Positions 18,217 to 26,399 are shown, counted from the first letter of the stretch. The stretch is DNA of 40,594 nucleotides from Candidatus Enterousia sp. (GCA_045613785.1 JAZLBQ010000021.1:1-40594), one strand, 5' to 3'. Numbers and translations: made by a program. The notes: generated by a model not told the origin, from the letters alone.

Positions 18217-19150
18217 AATCATCAAGCCCCATTTCTTCCGCTAACTGTTCGGCAATGGACATTTCACGCCAGTCCTTTTTAGGCTTTACTGGTTCTTGGC
18301 GTTCAGATGTCTTTACAGACGGAATCGGCTTACGTTCGGCTTCCTGTGCTAATCGTTTTGCTTCGGTTGCCTTATAGCGTTCCACCGCCTTTTCTTCCAC
18401 TGCTTTAATCATCGCCTTTACGCTTTTAACATCAACCTTGCGGTTCAGTTTAATCGCTTCGGCAATCAGGCTCTGATGGGTTTCTTCTGCCAACCAATCT
18501 GGGTCTTCTTCTTCCAGTTCTTCCAACGCTTCACGGACAGGTTGCATTTCAATTTCATCACGATACTTATTCGCTTCCTGACGAATTGCGGCGGACTGGT
18601 TCATAAAGTCAACTTCTAAACGGCGGTCAACACGTGGGTCTAAAAATCCACGGGCTTTTTCCAAATGCACCCCGTCGCCTGTGCGTTTATACATTTCCAA
18701 CGCATATAGGGCTTCCTTATGCTGTTCAGGGTCAGCAATCGTATTCACGGCATTGTTTATCAACCCCCAAGCGGCGTTGCTGATATTATCCTGAACCAAC
18801 TTGTCAAAGTCATCACTCTGCACCTTAGCAGTTTCCGCAACTTGCTGTGATTTCTTCGTCAATTGCTTTTCAAGGTTCTGATACGCTTTAATCAGGTCGT
18901 CCTGTGTCTTGAACTTGCCTAAGATTGGCTCAGATTCTTTTTCGGCAATAAGTGTTTCAGAATGTTCTGGTTCGGCAACAGGTTCCTGCGCTTGTTCTTT
19001 TGGTTGTTCAGCAGGCGTTTCTTCCTGTGCTGGCTCTTCCGCAGGCGTTTCAGCAGGTTCTTCCGCCGTAGGCACTACCGTTTCTTCTGTTTCTGTCGCC
19101 TGGCCTTCGTCTTTTTCCAATTCTTGTAAATCTTGAATAATATCGTCCAT
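18215..19150 (-). CDS. Capsid scaffolding protein
   Basis: Acidic Pro/Glu N-terminus (EEPAETPAEEPA) and ILGKFKTQDDLIKAYQNLEKQL motif as in podovirus scaffolds. Confidence 0.8.
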   Translation of the reverse strand: MDDIIQDLQELEKDEGQATETEETVVPTAEEPAETPAEEPAQEETPAEQPKEQAQEPVAEPEHSETLIAEKESEPILGKFKTQDDLIKAYQNLEKQLTKKSQQVAETAKVQSDDFDKLVQDNISNAAWGLINNAVNTIADPEQHKEALYALEMYKRTGDGVHLEKARGFLDPRVDRRLEVDFMNQSAAIRQEANKYRDEIEMQPVREALEELEEEDPDWLAEETHQSLIAEAIKLNRKVDVKSVKAMIKAVEEKAVERYKATEAKRLAQEAERKPIPSVKTSERQEPVKPKKDWREMSIAEQLAEEMGLDD

Positions 19151-19161
19151 ATTGTGTCCTT

Positions 19162-19350
19162 TTATTTATCTCGTTGGTCTTTAATGGCGAAATACGCCAT
19201 CATAAATCCTTTATAAACTGTCGGTTCCTGATTGTTCAGCAACGACTTGCTCTCCGTCAGCAGGTGTTCCAGTAATATCTTCGCTTCCGGACTTTTTGCT
19301 GCGTTTGCGATTTCCAGTTTTTTTAACTGTGCTTCCGTCAGATTCGCCAT
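19162..19350 (-). CDS. Small helical protein upstream of the scaffold
   Basis: AAGGA RBS; small head-module ORF; overlaps the upstream ORF by 140 nt. Confidence 0.6.
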   Translation of the reverse strand: MANLTEAQLKKLEIANAAKSPEAKILLEHLLTESKSLLNNQEPTVYKGFMMAYFAIKDQRDK

Positions 19351-19756
19351 TTTCGTTTTCCTTTGTTTCGTTTTCTTTCATTTTTTCTTCTAATGCCTTA
19401 ACTATCGCTTCTTCCTGCTTTTCCATCGCTTCCATATCGGCTTTTACGGCTTCTTCGCCACGTTTTTCAATGTTCGCCTTGATAATGAACTCGCCAATCT
19501 TTTCTGGGGCAGGTTCTTTAAGATTCTGGCAATTAGAAATAGCGTCTTTCAGTGGGTTCTGCCAACCTTGTGTAATATCAACGCCCAAGATGTCGCTAAA
19601 CAAGTGGCGGTCTTTACACGCCTTGTTAAACGCTTCACGAGTTATTGCCACTGTTTTGCTATAATGATTTGGGGCGTCTGGTCTTACGCCGTTGTTTATA
19701 GTAATAAACCCACCAATGCCATCTTTATCAAACGAACACACTATCAGTCTTTTCAT
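19211..19756 (-). CDS. Hypothetical protein
   Basis: GGAG RBS; 181 aa. Confidence 0.65.
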   Translation of the reverse strand: MKRLIVCSFDKDGIGGFITINNGVRPDAPNHYSKTVAITREAFNKACKDRHLFSDILGVDITQGWQNPLKDAISNCQNLKEPAPEKIGEFIIKANIEKRGEEAVKADMEAMEKQEEAIVKALEEKMKENETKENENGESDGSTVKKTGNRKRSKKSGSEDITGTPADGEQVVAEQSGTDSL

Positions 19757-19760
19757 ACTT

Positions 19761-19976
19761 TCACTCCATTATTGTTTTTTGTTTGGTTTGGTATTTTCGC
19801 AAGCCGTCTTGATAACGCTTTTCTTGTTCATACATACGTTTGCCTGCCCAAGTAAAGTAGGTCATCGGGTTTGCGGTCTTTTTCGGGTCACGCAGATAAT
19901 ACTCATACGCAACGCCTGCCCTTTCAGGGTAAATCTTCGTCAGTTTTGCCCAAGTTGCTGTGTCAAACGGCTTCAT
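19761..19976 (-). CDS. Hypothetical protein
   Basis: ATGA overlap with the terL stop codon. Confidence 0.6.
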   Translation of the reverse strand: MKPFDTATWAKLTKIYPERAGVAYEYYLRDPKKTANPMTYFTWAGKRMYEQEKRYQDGLRKYQTKQKTIME

Positions 19977-21334
19977 ATCTGGGTTCTCACACTCCTTCTC
20001 ATATCTCGTTCAAAACTTTCCCTTAAACTTACTATGCGGGACTTCTTCGGTTTAGCAAATTGTTCTAATACTGGGTCATTAGTCATAACGCAGTAGGACG
20101 CTGCGTCAAATATATGAGATTTTGCATAGTCAATCGTCTTCATACCAGGTCGCCACGCAGGTTCTTCTATCTTGCCATTTTTATCATAACTTAACATCTT
20201 ACACGACTGGATTAAATGCCTACAAGATGGGTCAACTAGTATATGACGTTTGCCATCAAGCCCCTTAACGTGCCAATCAAAATTAGCCACTCGGTTGCTT
20301 ACACTTGGATTTGCCTGTGGAACATCAAATGTAAATGGTATCTTATGCTTTACCAATACATTTTCAATAATAGCGTAGTTAGAATACTCGGAATTACTGC
20401 TTCTAGCACGCCCAGACGCATCCCCGTTTATGATAACCTTACAACCTTGATATTTTTGTTTGTATATCTTCACAAACTCTTCAGCAACAGTAAGGGTGCT
20501 TACGTGTTCTAACACAATTTCATCGCTAAAATAAAAGTCGTGTTTCCCATCCCAATGGCATATAACCGAGCATTGTGGCGTAAAATTAAAATCAAGCCCG
20601 AAGATAATTTTGTGTCCAACACGGCCAACGCCAATATTATCTGGCGACCAAGATTTAACGACTGGCGAATCCCCAGTAGTCGCCAACTTGCCAAGATATA
20701 TTTTCTCATAATCCGCAGGGCGGTTTTTCTTCATAAGAGCAATATTTTTCAAGATTGCTTCTGGCAAGGGGAACGGATTATGCAAATATGAACAATAACA
20801 ATAAAATGTATCGTCCCTTCTAGGTGCAGTTTCGCCAAATAAGTCATATACAACGTCTGACGCTTGGTCTGGGTTCGCAGAAATAATTATGAACGCACCT
20901 TTTTTTCGTATGGTTGGGTCTAAACTCTCCCAAGACGCACGAGAAACAGATTGACCTTCTTCTACCCAACATATATCTACATTAGTCATAGAACGGATAT
21001 TGTGTTCGCCAGTTTCCTGCAACCCACGAAAGAAAAAAATTGTTCCATTGCTAGCCCGAATGCTGTCATTATATATCTCATAAGGCAGGTTGTATTCTTT
21101 AATAACGCTTGCCAACTGTGCGTGAACCGATTCTTTAATAGATGACATTGTCTGACGACAACAAAGTATTCTTAAAGGTTTCAACAAACCGCAAACCAAC
21201 AACGCACTAGATATATTTTGGCTTTTCCCTAACCCAAGACGGCCAGTAAGGTAGGCAAAATACCGATATTTATAACTAACGGCATTTTCTATAATTGGGC
21301 GAAAATTATCTACAATGCTTAATTCCATTTCCAC
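19973..21334 (-). CDS. terL: Terminase large subunit (PBSX family)
   Basis: Walker A GRLGLGKS, ILCCRQTMSSIKESV, Walker B WVEEG, motif III SANP, nuclease GLDFN..HIFDA. Confidence 0.93.
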   Translation of the reverse strand: MEMELSIVDNFRPIIENAVSYKYRYFAYLTGRLGLGKSQNISSALLVCGLLKPLRILCCRQTMSSIKESVHAQLASVIKEYNLPYEIYNDSIRASNGTIFFFRGLQETGEHNIRSMTNVDICWVEEGQSVSRASWESLDPTIRKKGAFIIISANPDQASDVVYDLFGETAPRRDDTFYCYCSYLHNPFPLPEAILKNIALMKKNRPADYEKIYLGKLATTGDSPVVKSWSPDNIGVGRVGHKIIFGLDFNFTPQCSVICHWDGKHDFYFSDEIVLEHVSTLTVAEEFVKIYKQKYQGCKVIINGDASGRARSSNSEYSNYAIIENVLVKHKIPFTFDVPQANPSVSNRVANFDWHVKGLDGKRHILVDPSCRHLIQSCKMLSYDKNGKIEEPAWRPGMKTIDYAKSHIFDAASYCVMTNDPVLEQFAKPKKSRIVSLRESFERDMRRSVRTQI

Positions 21335-21852
21335 TCAAATCCGTTGGTTCTTTTTCTTTTACCATTACACACAAGACCTATTTTTGTTATATTAGAACCA
21401 GTCTTTTTGCCCGCTTCTGTTGCACTGCAAAAAACAGCAATAATCATACCGTCTTTTAATTGTGCGACAGGCTTACTTCTCCAATTCTTAGCCCCAGTCC
21501 TTCCTGTATTCGGGCCTTTTCTGTGCAATACCTTATAGGCGTGTATATGGTTCTCTTGACTAGTGCACCATTCAAGGTTTTCAATAGTATTATTATGAAC
21601 ATCGCCATCTTTATGATTTACCTGTGGTTTGTTTTCAGGGTTAGGTATAAATGTCTTGGCAACCAAACGATGAACAGAATGATATGTAGAAACCCCATTC
21701 TTATAAAGCGTTAAAAAATGATACCCGTTTCTGTGCAGGCCGTGTTTTAATATTCTTGGTGTTCCATATGCCCAAGAACGAATACGCCCCTTTGTGCTTA
21801 TCTCATATATGCCTTCATAGCCAGCAACATCGGCCCATAGTTCTTTACTCAT
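21319..21852 (-). CDS. NUMOD4-HNH homing endonuclease
   Basis: WADVAGYEGIYEISTKGRIRS; VHRLVAKTFIPNPENKPQVNHKDG..NLEW; C-terminal NUMOD1-like HTH; sits between terS and terL. Confidence 0.92.
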   Translation of the reverse strand: MSKELWADVAGYEGIYEISTKGRIRSWAYGTPRILKHGLHRNGYHFLTLYKNGVSTYHSVHRLVAKTFIPNPENKPQVNHKDGDVHNNTIENLEWCTSQENHIHAYKVLHRKGPNTGRTGAKNWRSKPVAQLKDGMIIAVFCSATEAGKKTGSNITKIGLVCNGKRKRTNGFEWKWN

Positions 21853-22366
21853 CTTGGCCGTCCTTCTTTTCTTCTGTTTTTTCAGGAATAATATTAGGTA
21901 ATGGCGATATGCCACTAATAGGGTTATTACAAGACCCAATAAATTTAACAATAACTTCGGCTGTTCCAGACTTGTTCGCTTCCGACTGCTCGCTAATCGC
22001 CTTGCTCCGACTTACCATACCCTGCAACGCCTTGACCGCACCATCCAACGCATCCTTGTTGATAATCCGACCGCCATTGTCAGTAGTCCGACCTTCCAAC
22101 GCTTCTAATAGTCGCCGTTCCAACACCCCAAGCATCACTTCTTCGTCTAATTGCTCAATCTTCGCCAGCCACTCATCCTGACCAGCGCCCAACATCCGAT
22201 GCCGAAAGGTCGCCCAACCCATCAACTCTATGTCACGATAGTCGCCCGTAAAATACTGCCGATACGCCCGACCGCACCCAAAGTCGTCCCCAAGCATATC
22301 CTTAAAACGCTTGCCGTGCCTGTCCGTCAAATCCAATGCCGATAAATAATATTGCTCGCCATTCAT
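21845..22366 (-). CDS. Putative terminase small subunit
   Basis: Helical 173-aa first gene of the late operon, upstream of terL; function from position. Confidence 0.55.
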   Translation of the reverse strand: MNGEQYYLSALDLTDRHGKRFKDMLGDDFGCGRAYRQYFTGDYRDIELMGWATFRHRMLGAGQDEWLAKIEQLDEEVMLGVLERRLLEALEGRTTDNGGRIINKDALDGAVKALQGMVSRSKAISEQSEANKSGTAEVIVKFIGSCNNPISGISPLPNIIPEKTEEKKDGQDE

Positions 22367-22390
22367 ATAAAGCCCGCCCTTTCATATATA

Positions 22391-22418
22391 AGTATGAGTA
22401 AATAGTAAAAAATGTCAA
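22391..22418 (-). promoter_or_regulatory. Promoter of the terminase/late operon
   Basis: TTGACA-N16-CATACT on the minus strand. Confidence 0.45.
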
Positions 22419-22617
22419 GAATAAAAAAAGTTGACGAAAAGTAAAATCGTTTGTCAAGGGTTTCGAAAATTACACGCAGGTGCAAATTGGGCCTACACAC
22501 ATACCCGCATACCCGTCGCCCCCTTCCCCTGCCTTGCGAATCCGCCCGCTTGCCTGGGATAGAATCAACCGCCGCCGGGCTTGCCCTGTGTTATTATTGT
22601 TATTATTGTTATTTTTA

Positions 22618-22646
22618 TTGACAATTTTATTTATTTATTCTATGAT
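22618..22646 (+). promoter_or_regulatory. Strong early sigma70 promoter
   Basis: TTGACA-N17-TATGAT preceded by AT-rich TTATTATTG repeats. Confidence 0.8.
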
Positions 22647-22678
22647 GCAAACATAGAAACAAAACAAGGAGCAAAAAA

Positions 22679-22837
22679 ATGAAAATATTACATAAAATAT
22701 ACACAAAAACATTTTCAAACAAAGACGCCGCCGAACGTTTTATCGAAAAGCACAAAAATCAAAAAAATTTTATTTTATCTTTTCAATATTATCCAATGTG
22801 TTGGAAAGTGGAAAAATATAAAAATTGGTCAGATTAA
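22679..22837 (+). CDS. Small early protein (52 aa)
   Basis: AACAAGGAGCAAAAAAATG start, own promoter and own terminator. Confidence 0.75.
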   Translation: MKILHKIYTKTFSNKDAAERFIEKHKNQKNFILSFQYYPMCWKVEKYKNWSD

Positions 22838-22840
22838 AAC

Positions 22841-22866
22841 AAGCCCCGCCCGGGGCTTTTATTTTA
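22841..22866 (+). terminator. Intrinsic terminator, probably bidirectional
   Basis: AAGCCCC-GCCC-GGGGCTT followed by TTATTTT; lies between convergent ORFs. Confidence 0.7.
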
Positions 22867-22904
22867 TCCCATAGCCGGCACACGTGACGCAATTCGGCAA
22901 GGCG

Positions 22905-23063
22905 TCAACGAATCCCAGGGCAAACAAGGCGGCGCAAATCACAAACCTTTTCAAACTTGCCAGACGGCAGGCGAACACAAACAACGCCACGACCGACCAG
23001 GCGACCGCCGGCATCATATATCCGGCCCGTTTCATCGAATAAATATTTTTTCGCTTTTCCCAT
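22905..23063 (-). CDS. Small protein (52 aa), probably leaderless
   Basis: MGKAKKYLFDETGRIYD..RRLV; ATG lies 7 nt after a -10 box with no RBS. Confidence 0.45.
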   Translation of the reverse strand: MGKAKKYLFDETGRIYDAGGRLVGRGVVCVRLPSGKFEKVCDLRRLVCPGIR

Positions 23064-23069
23064 ACCCGC

Positions 23070-23099
23070 ATCATAAAACACCCCCCGAAAAAAAGTCAA
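23070..23099 (-). promoter_or_regulatory. Sigma70-like promoter
   Basis: TTGACT-N18-TATGAT on the minus strand. Confidence 0.5.
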
Positions 23100-23148
23100 C
23101 AAAAAACAGTCAACAGGCGTCCAGGGCGAAAAAGCCCGGAAATCTGGG

Positions 23149-23353
23149 AAATTTGCCCCCATTTTTCAAATTTGCCCCCATTTTTTAAAATTTGCCCCAT
23201 CAGTCAACGCCGGCAAACCCGCAGAAATCCAGGAAATTTGCCTTATTTGACATATTTGCCTGATTTACACAAATAACCGTAAACCATATATATAAAAACT
23301 TTCTAAAAAATACGACCGTGTCAAATGTGTCAAATGTGTCAAATGTGTCAAAT
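23149..23353. repeat. Iteron-like repeats, putative replication origin or operator array
   Basis: AAATTTGCCCC at 23149, 23168 and 23188 (partial copy at 23234); four tandem GTGTCAAAT at 23318-23353; AT-rich tracts nearby. Confidence 0.7.
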
Positions 23354-23434
23354 TTTCATAACGATTTACAACCGCCACAACTTCCACGTCTTTCATAACT
23401 TTTATTATTTTTATAATTTTTATTATTTTATCGC

Positions 23435-23463
23435 TTGACTTTATGTTAGCAATGTGATAGACT
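23435..23463 (+). promoter_or_regulatory. Early sigma70 promoter
   Basis: TTGACT-N17-TAGACT with a TG extension and an AT-rich upstream tract. Confidence 0.7.
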
Positions 23464-23529
23464 TATAAACGAACAACCGGGACGACTTGACAAAAAACCG
23501 CCCCACAGAAAAAACAAGGAGCAAAAAAA

Positions 23530-23796
23530 ATGGCAAAGAATACGATTTTAATTATGCCAATAATGGCATTCCAGGGCGAACCAAACTGCACGGATTGCCG
23601 AGCAATCATCCGTGGAAACACATTCCCTATTAAAGATGCAATCAAGTCCGTTTGCAAGGCACGTTGGAACAATGGCGAATGGGATTGTTTAATTCCGGAC
23701 GTTGCGACAATGGATGCGCTGATAGATGTTTGCGCTGGGTTTGAAGTGTCCGGTCGTGACGAATGCGCTAAATATTTGCGGAAATTTGGGAAATAA
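23530..23796 (+). CDS. Early hypothetical protein
   Basis: AACAAGGAGCAAAA RBS; GNTFPIKDAIK..ARWN..W motif, common in small phage early proteins. Confidence 0.8.
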   Translation: MAKNTILIMPIMAFQGEPNCTDCRAIIRGNTFPIKDAIKSVCKARWNNGEWDCLIPDVATMDALIDVCAGFEVSGRDECAKYLRKFGK

Positions 23797-23811
23797 AAAA
23801 GGAAGGCAACT

Positions 23812-23949
23812 ATGCAGGGAATTATAAACACGACCGCCCGCCTTATGGCGGTGTCGCAACAATTCGCAAACATAGCCGCAGGGCGGCCAGAATATAACCA
23901 ATTCGGCAACGGGTGGAAAATCCCAGGGCCGGATGCGTGGACTTTATAA
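23812..23949 (+). CDS. Small early protein (45 aa)
   Basis: AAGGAAGG RBS; MQGIINTTARLMAVSQQ.. Confidence 0.55.
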   Translation: MQGIINTTARLMAVSQQFANIAAGRPEYNQFGNGWKIPGPDAWTL

Positions 23950-23963
23950 ACAAGGGGGGGCTT

Positions 23964-24230
23964 ATGATCACAAAATCGGAATTTTTGCAAATTATGAAAG
24001 ATCAGGGGGCGCAGATCGTGCGCTTGCCTGGGGATTGGTGCGATCGTTGGCAAATTAAAAATTGCTTTTTTGTTGATGATCCTGAAAATTGGCACAAAAA
24101 ACAAAAAATATTCGCAATTTATGGGCGCAAGGGCGGCAGGCTTGGCAAAAAGCACAATTTTATCAAGTGGCAGGATCAAACCACGCCGGCGGATTTTCAA
24201 AACTATTTGCAAAATATGATCACAGAATGA
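23964..24230 (+). CDS. Early hypothetical protein (88 aa) containing all observed GATC sites
   Basis: AAGGGGGGG RBS; ATG at 23964. Confidence 0.7.
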   Translation: MITKSEFLQIMKDQGAQIVRLPGDWCDRWQIKNCFFVDDPENWHKKQKIFAIYGRKGGRLGKKHNFIKWQDQTTPADFQNYLQNMITE

Positions 24231-24251
24231 CAGAATAAAAAGGGGGAGAAA

Positions 24252-24455
24252 ATGGCGACAAATACAAGGGAATATATGCGGATTTATCAAGCCCGCCGGC
24301 GTCAATCGTTGCGGGGGTGGGGGACTTTTAACCTAGATTTGGCACTAGCGGCCCATAGGCGACTTATTGCGCTAGGCGTGGGCAAGACCGAAGCAAGGGC
24401 GGCAATTTTAGACGCTGCCAGGGCTGGGATGTTTGGGACGATAAAACAATACTAG
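24252..24455 (+). CDS. Early hypothetical basic protein
   Basis: GGGGGAG RBS. Confidence 0.65.
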   Translation: MATNTREYMRIYQARRRQSLRGWGTFNLDLALAAHRRLIALGVGKTEARAAILDAARAGMFGTIKQY

Positions 24456-24474
24456 AAACAAGGAGCAAAAAAAA

Positions 24475-24735
24475 ATGAAATACACAAAAGAATATATAAA
24501 AAATTTGGACATAAGAACGCTTGAATTTGTAAAAAATTGGCTTTTTGATACATATAAAAAATATGACCTATCAAAAGATGCTGGAAAAACAAAAAAGATT
24601 CGTGAATATTGCGAGCATAAAACCGATGGGCTTTTTATGGCGTATAGAGAAATAAAAGATTTAACACAGGACATTGAAAACAACGGCGGGGCTTTATGCG
24701 ACGTAATATCATTATTCGACGCACCAAACGATTAA
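24475..24735 (+). CDS. Early hypothetical protein
   Basis: AACAAGGAGCAAAA RBS. Confidence 0.75.
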   Translation: MKYTKEYIKNLDIRTLEFVKNWLFDTYKKYDLSKDAGKTKKIREYCEHKTDGLFMAYREIKDLTQDIENNGGALCDVISLFDAPND

Positions 24736-24915
24736 AAAAGGCGAACCGATGGCGAGCAGAAACGAATGGCGGCTTGTCCGCTTGACTGCCAACTATGCGA
24801 TTTTACGCAAGGGGCAGGAAATAAAAGCCCAACCGATAACGGCGGCGGCGTTGCGTGTGCTGGACTGGAACCGGCGACACATTGCCGCCAATGATTAAAA
24901 AATTGGGCGGGATTC

Positions 24916-24944
24916 TTTACACTTTCAAAATTGCCTGCTATAAT
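24916..24944 (+). promoter_or_regulatory. Promoter of the recombination genes
   Basis: TTTACA-N14-TGC-TATAAT. Confidence 0.75.
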
Positions 24945-24975
24945 GACGGCAGGCAACAACAAAAAAGGCGAAAAA

Positions 24976-25515
24976 ATGGAAAAACTAGCAAAAATTCAAA
25001 AAGAACTGAAAGCCCCAAAGGGACAAATGAACAAATTCGGCGGGTATAGATACCGCAGTTGCGAAGATATTCTTGAAGCGGTTAAACCACTGCTTGACGG
25101 CGCAATTCTGACCCTGCAAGACGAAATCGTTTATATTGGCGACCGCTTTTATGTCAAGGCGACCGCAAAATTCACTGACGGCGACTATACACAAACGACA
25201 ACGGCATACGCCCGTGAACCGCTAGACAAGAAAGGCGCAGATGCGTCGCAGATTACTGGAATGGCGTCCAGTTATGCGAGGAAATACGCCCTTAACGGCT
25301 TGTTCTGTATCGACGACACGAAAGACGCCGACACAATGGACAACACGACCGCCCAGGCTGACGAACAAATTGCCGAAATGAAACGGCGAATCAAGGCGAT
25401 GTTGGAAGTCCTAGACCCTGCGATTGACACCGCTGAATTTAACGGCTGGGAAACCTGCAACGACAAGGCGAAGTTGTTAGAAATTGGCAAGGCGTTGAAA
25501 AAATTGGCGGGGTAG
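24976..25515 (+). CDS. erf: ERF-family ssDNA annealing protein
   Basis: IQKELKAPKGQMNKFGGYRYRSCEDILEAVKP and ASQITGMASSYARKYALNGLF..DDTKDAD signature. Confidence 0.93.
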   Translation: MEKLAKIQKELKAPKGQMNKFGGYRYRSCEDILEAVKPLLDGAILTLQDEIVYIGDRFYVKATAKFTDGDYTQTTTAYAREPLDKKGADASQITGMASSYARKYALNGLFCIDDTKDADTMDNTTAQADEQIAEMKRRIKAMLEVLDPAIDTAEFNGWETCNDKAKLLEIGKALKKLAG

Positions 25516-25519
25516 TGCG

Positions 25520-26170
25520 ATGAAAATATACAACATACCGCAACACCTAGACGATGGGCAGGCGAACCCTGATTGGCTTGCCCTGCGTGCTGGGAAATTT
25601 AGTGGCTCAGATTTCCACCAGTATTTGGGCATTATAGGCAAGGGATTATCGGCGACCGCTGAAACCGCTTTACATAAAAAAGTATTGGAATCCCTGGGCG
25701 AAACCTTTACAGGCGTGCAGACGGACGCAATGGCTTGTGGTAATGAATTGGAGCCACTTGCCCGTGAAGCGTATATGTGCCAGACCTTTGCAGATGTTCA
25801 GGAAGTCGGCTTTGTTGATTGGGAACGCTTGCGTGCAGGCGTTAGCCCTGATGGCGTGATATTTGGCGACAATGGCGAGATTGAGAAGATTATTGAATGC
25901 AAATGCCCAGAGTTGCCGGCATTTATCCGATACGCAACCGACAAGTCGAACATACCGCCGAAATATATAGTGCAAATGCAAATGCAAATGCTGATAACAG
26001 GGGCGAAGTTGTGCGATTTTGTGGCATACTATCCAGGGATGCGTCTGGTTGTGCATACAATAGACGCAGACAGCGAATATCAGGCGAAGATAGTCGCAGC
26101 ACTGGAAAAACTAAACGAACGCTATGATGAGATTCTGGCGACAATAAACAAGTTGAAAGTAGGGGAATAA
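25520..26170 (+). CDS. YqaJ / lambda-exonuclease-family nuclease
   Basis: WLALRAGKFSGS, GNELEPLAR, GVSPDG, IECKCP and QMQMQM..CDFV motifs. Confidence 0.93.
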   Translation: MKIYNIPQHLDDGQANPDWLALRAGKFSGSDFHQYLGIIGKGLSATAETALHKKVLESLGETFTGVQTDAMACGNELEPLAREAYMCQTFADVQEVGFVDWERLRAGVSPDGVIFGDNGEIEKIIECKCPELPAFIRYATDKSNIPPKYIVQMQMQMLITGAKLCDFVAYYPGMRLVVHTIDADSEYQAKIVAALEKLNERYDEILATINKLKVGE

Positions 26171-26171
26171 A

Positions 26172-26339
26172 ATGGAAGTAGAAAACGCATTTATGAAAAT
26201 TTTATGCTTTTTTGCCGTTGCTGGCGTGACTTTATATTTTGCGGCTGTGATACACGACACACCGTCAAGGTGTTGGTTGTCTTATGCACCCTTTACTTGT
26301 GCAAAGGCAATCCAATTAGAACAAACAATAGGAGAATAA
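26172..26339 (+). CDS. Small membrane protein (55 aa)
   Basis: AGGGGA RBS; ILCFFAVAGVTLYFAAVI TM segment. Confidence 0.6.
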   Translation: MEVENAFMKILCFFAVAGVTLYFAAVIHDTPSRCWLSYAPFTCAKAIQLEQTIGE

Positions 26340-26340
26340 A

Positions 26341-26394
26341 ATGGGCGTATTGGGCGTTATAATCTGCTTGGCATTGCTGGGCGTTGTTAGATAA
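26341..26394 (+). CDS. 17-aa hydrophobic peptide
   Basis: AGGAG RBS; MGVLGVIICLALLGVVR. Confidence 0.4.
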   Translation: MGVLGVIICLALLGVVR

Positions 26395-26399
26395 ACATA

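Noticed and set aside
21319-21852. Group I intron or intein in the terminase
   Set aside because: TerL is one continuous ORF from Walker A to the nuclease domain; the HNH gene lies upstream with only short overlaps.
22859-23074. 71-aa hydrophobic minus-strand ORF
   Set aside because: Its start overlaps the predicted -10 box; the alternative frame starting at 23063 fits the promoter better, though this choice is uncertain.
23318-23353. Tandem repeats as a CRISPR array
   Set aside because: The units are 9 bp with no spacers, and there are no cas genes.
23463-24305. 280-aa minus-strand ORF
   Set aside because: It is antisense to several plus-strand ORFs with clear RBSs and an upstream promoter, and has no recognisable motifs.
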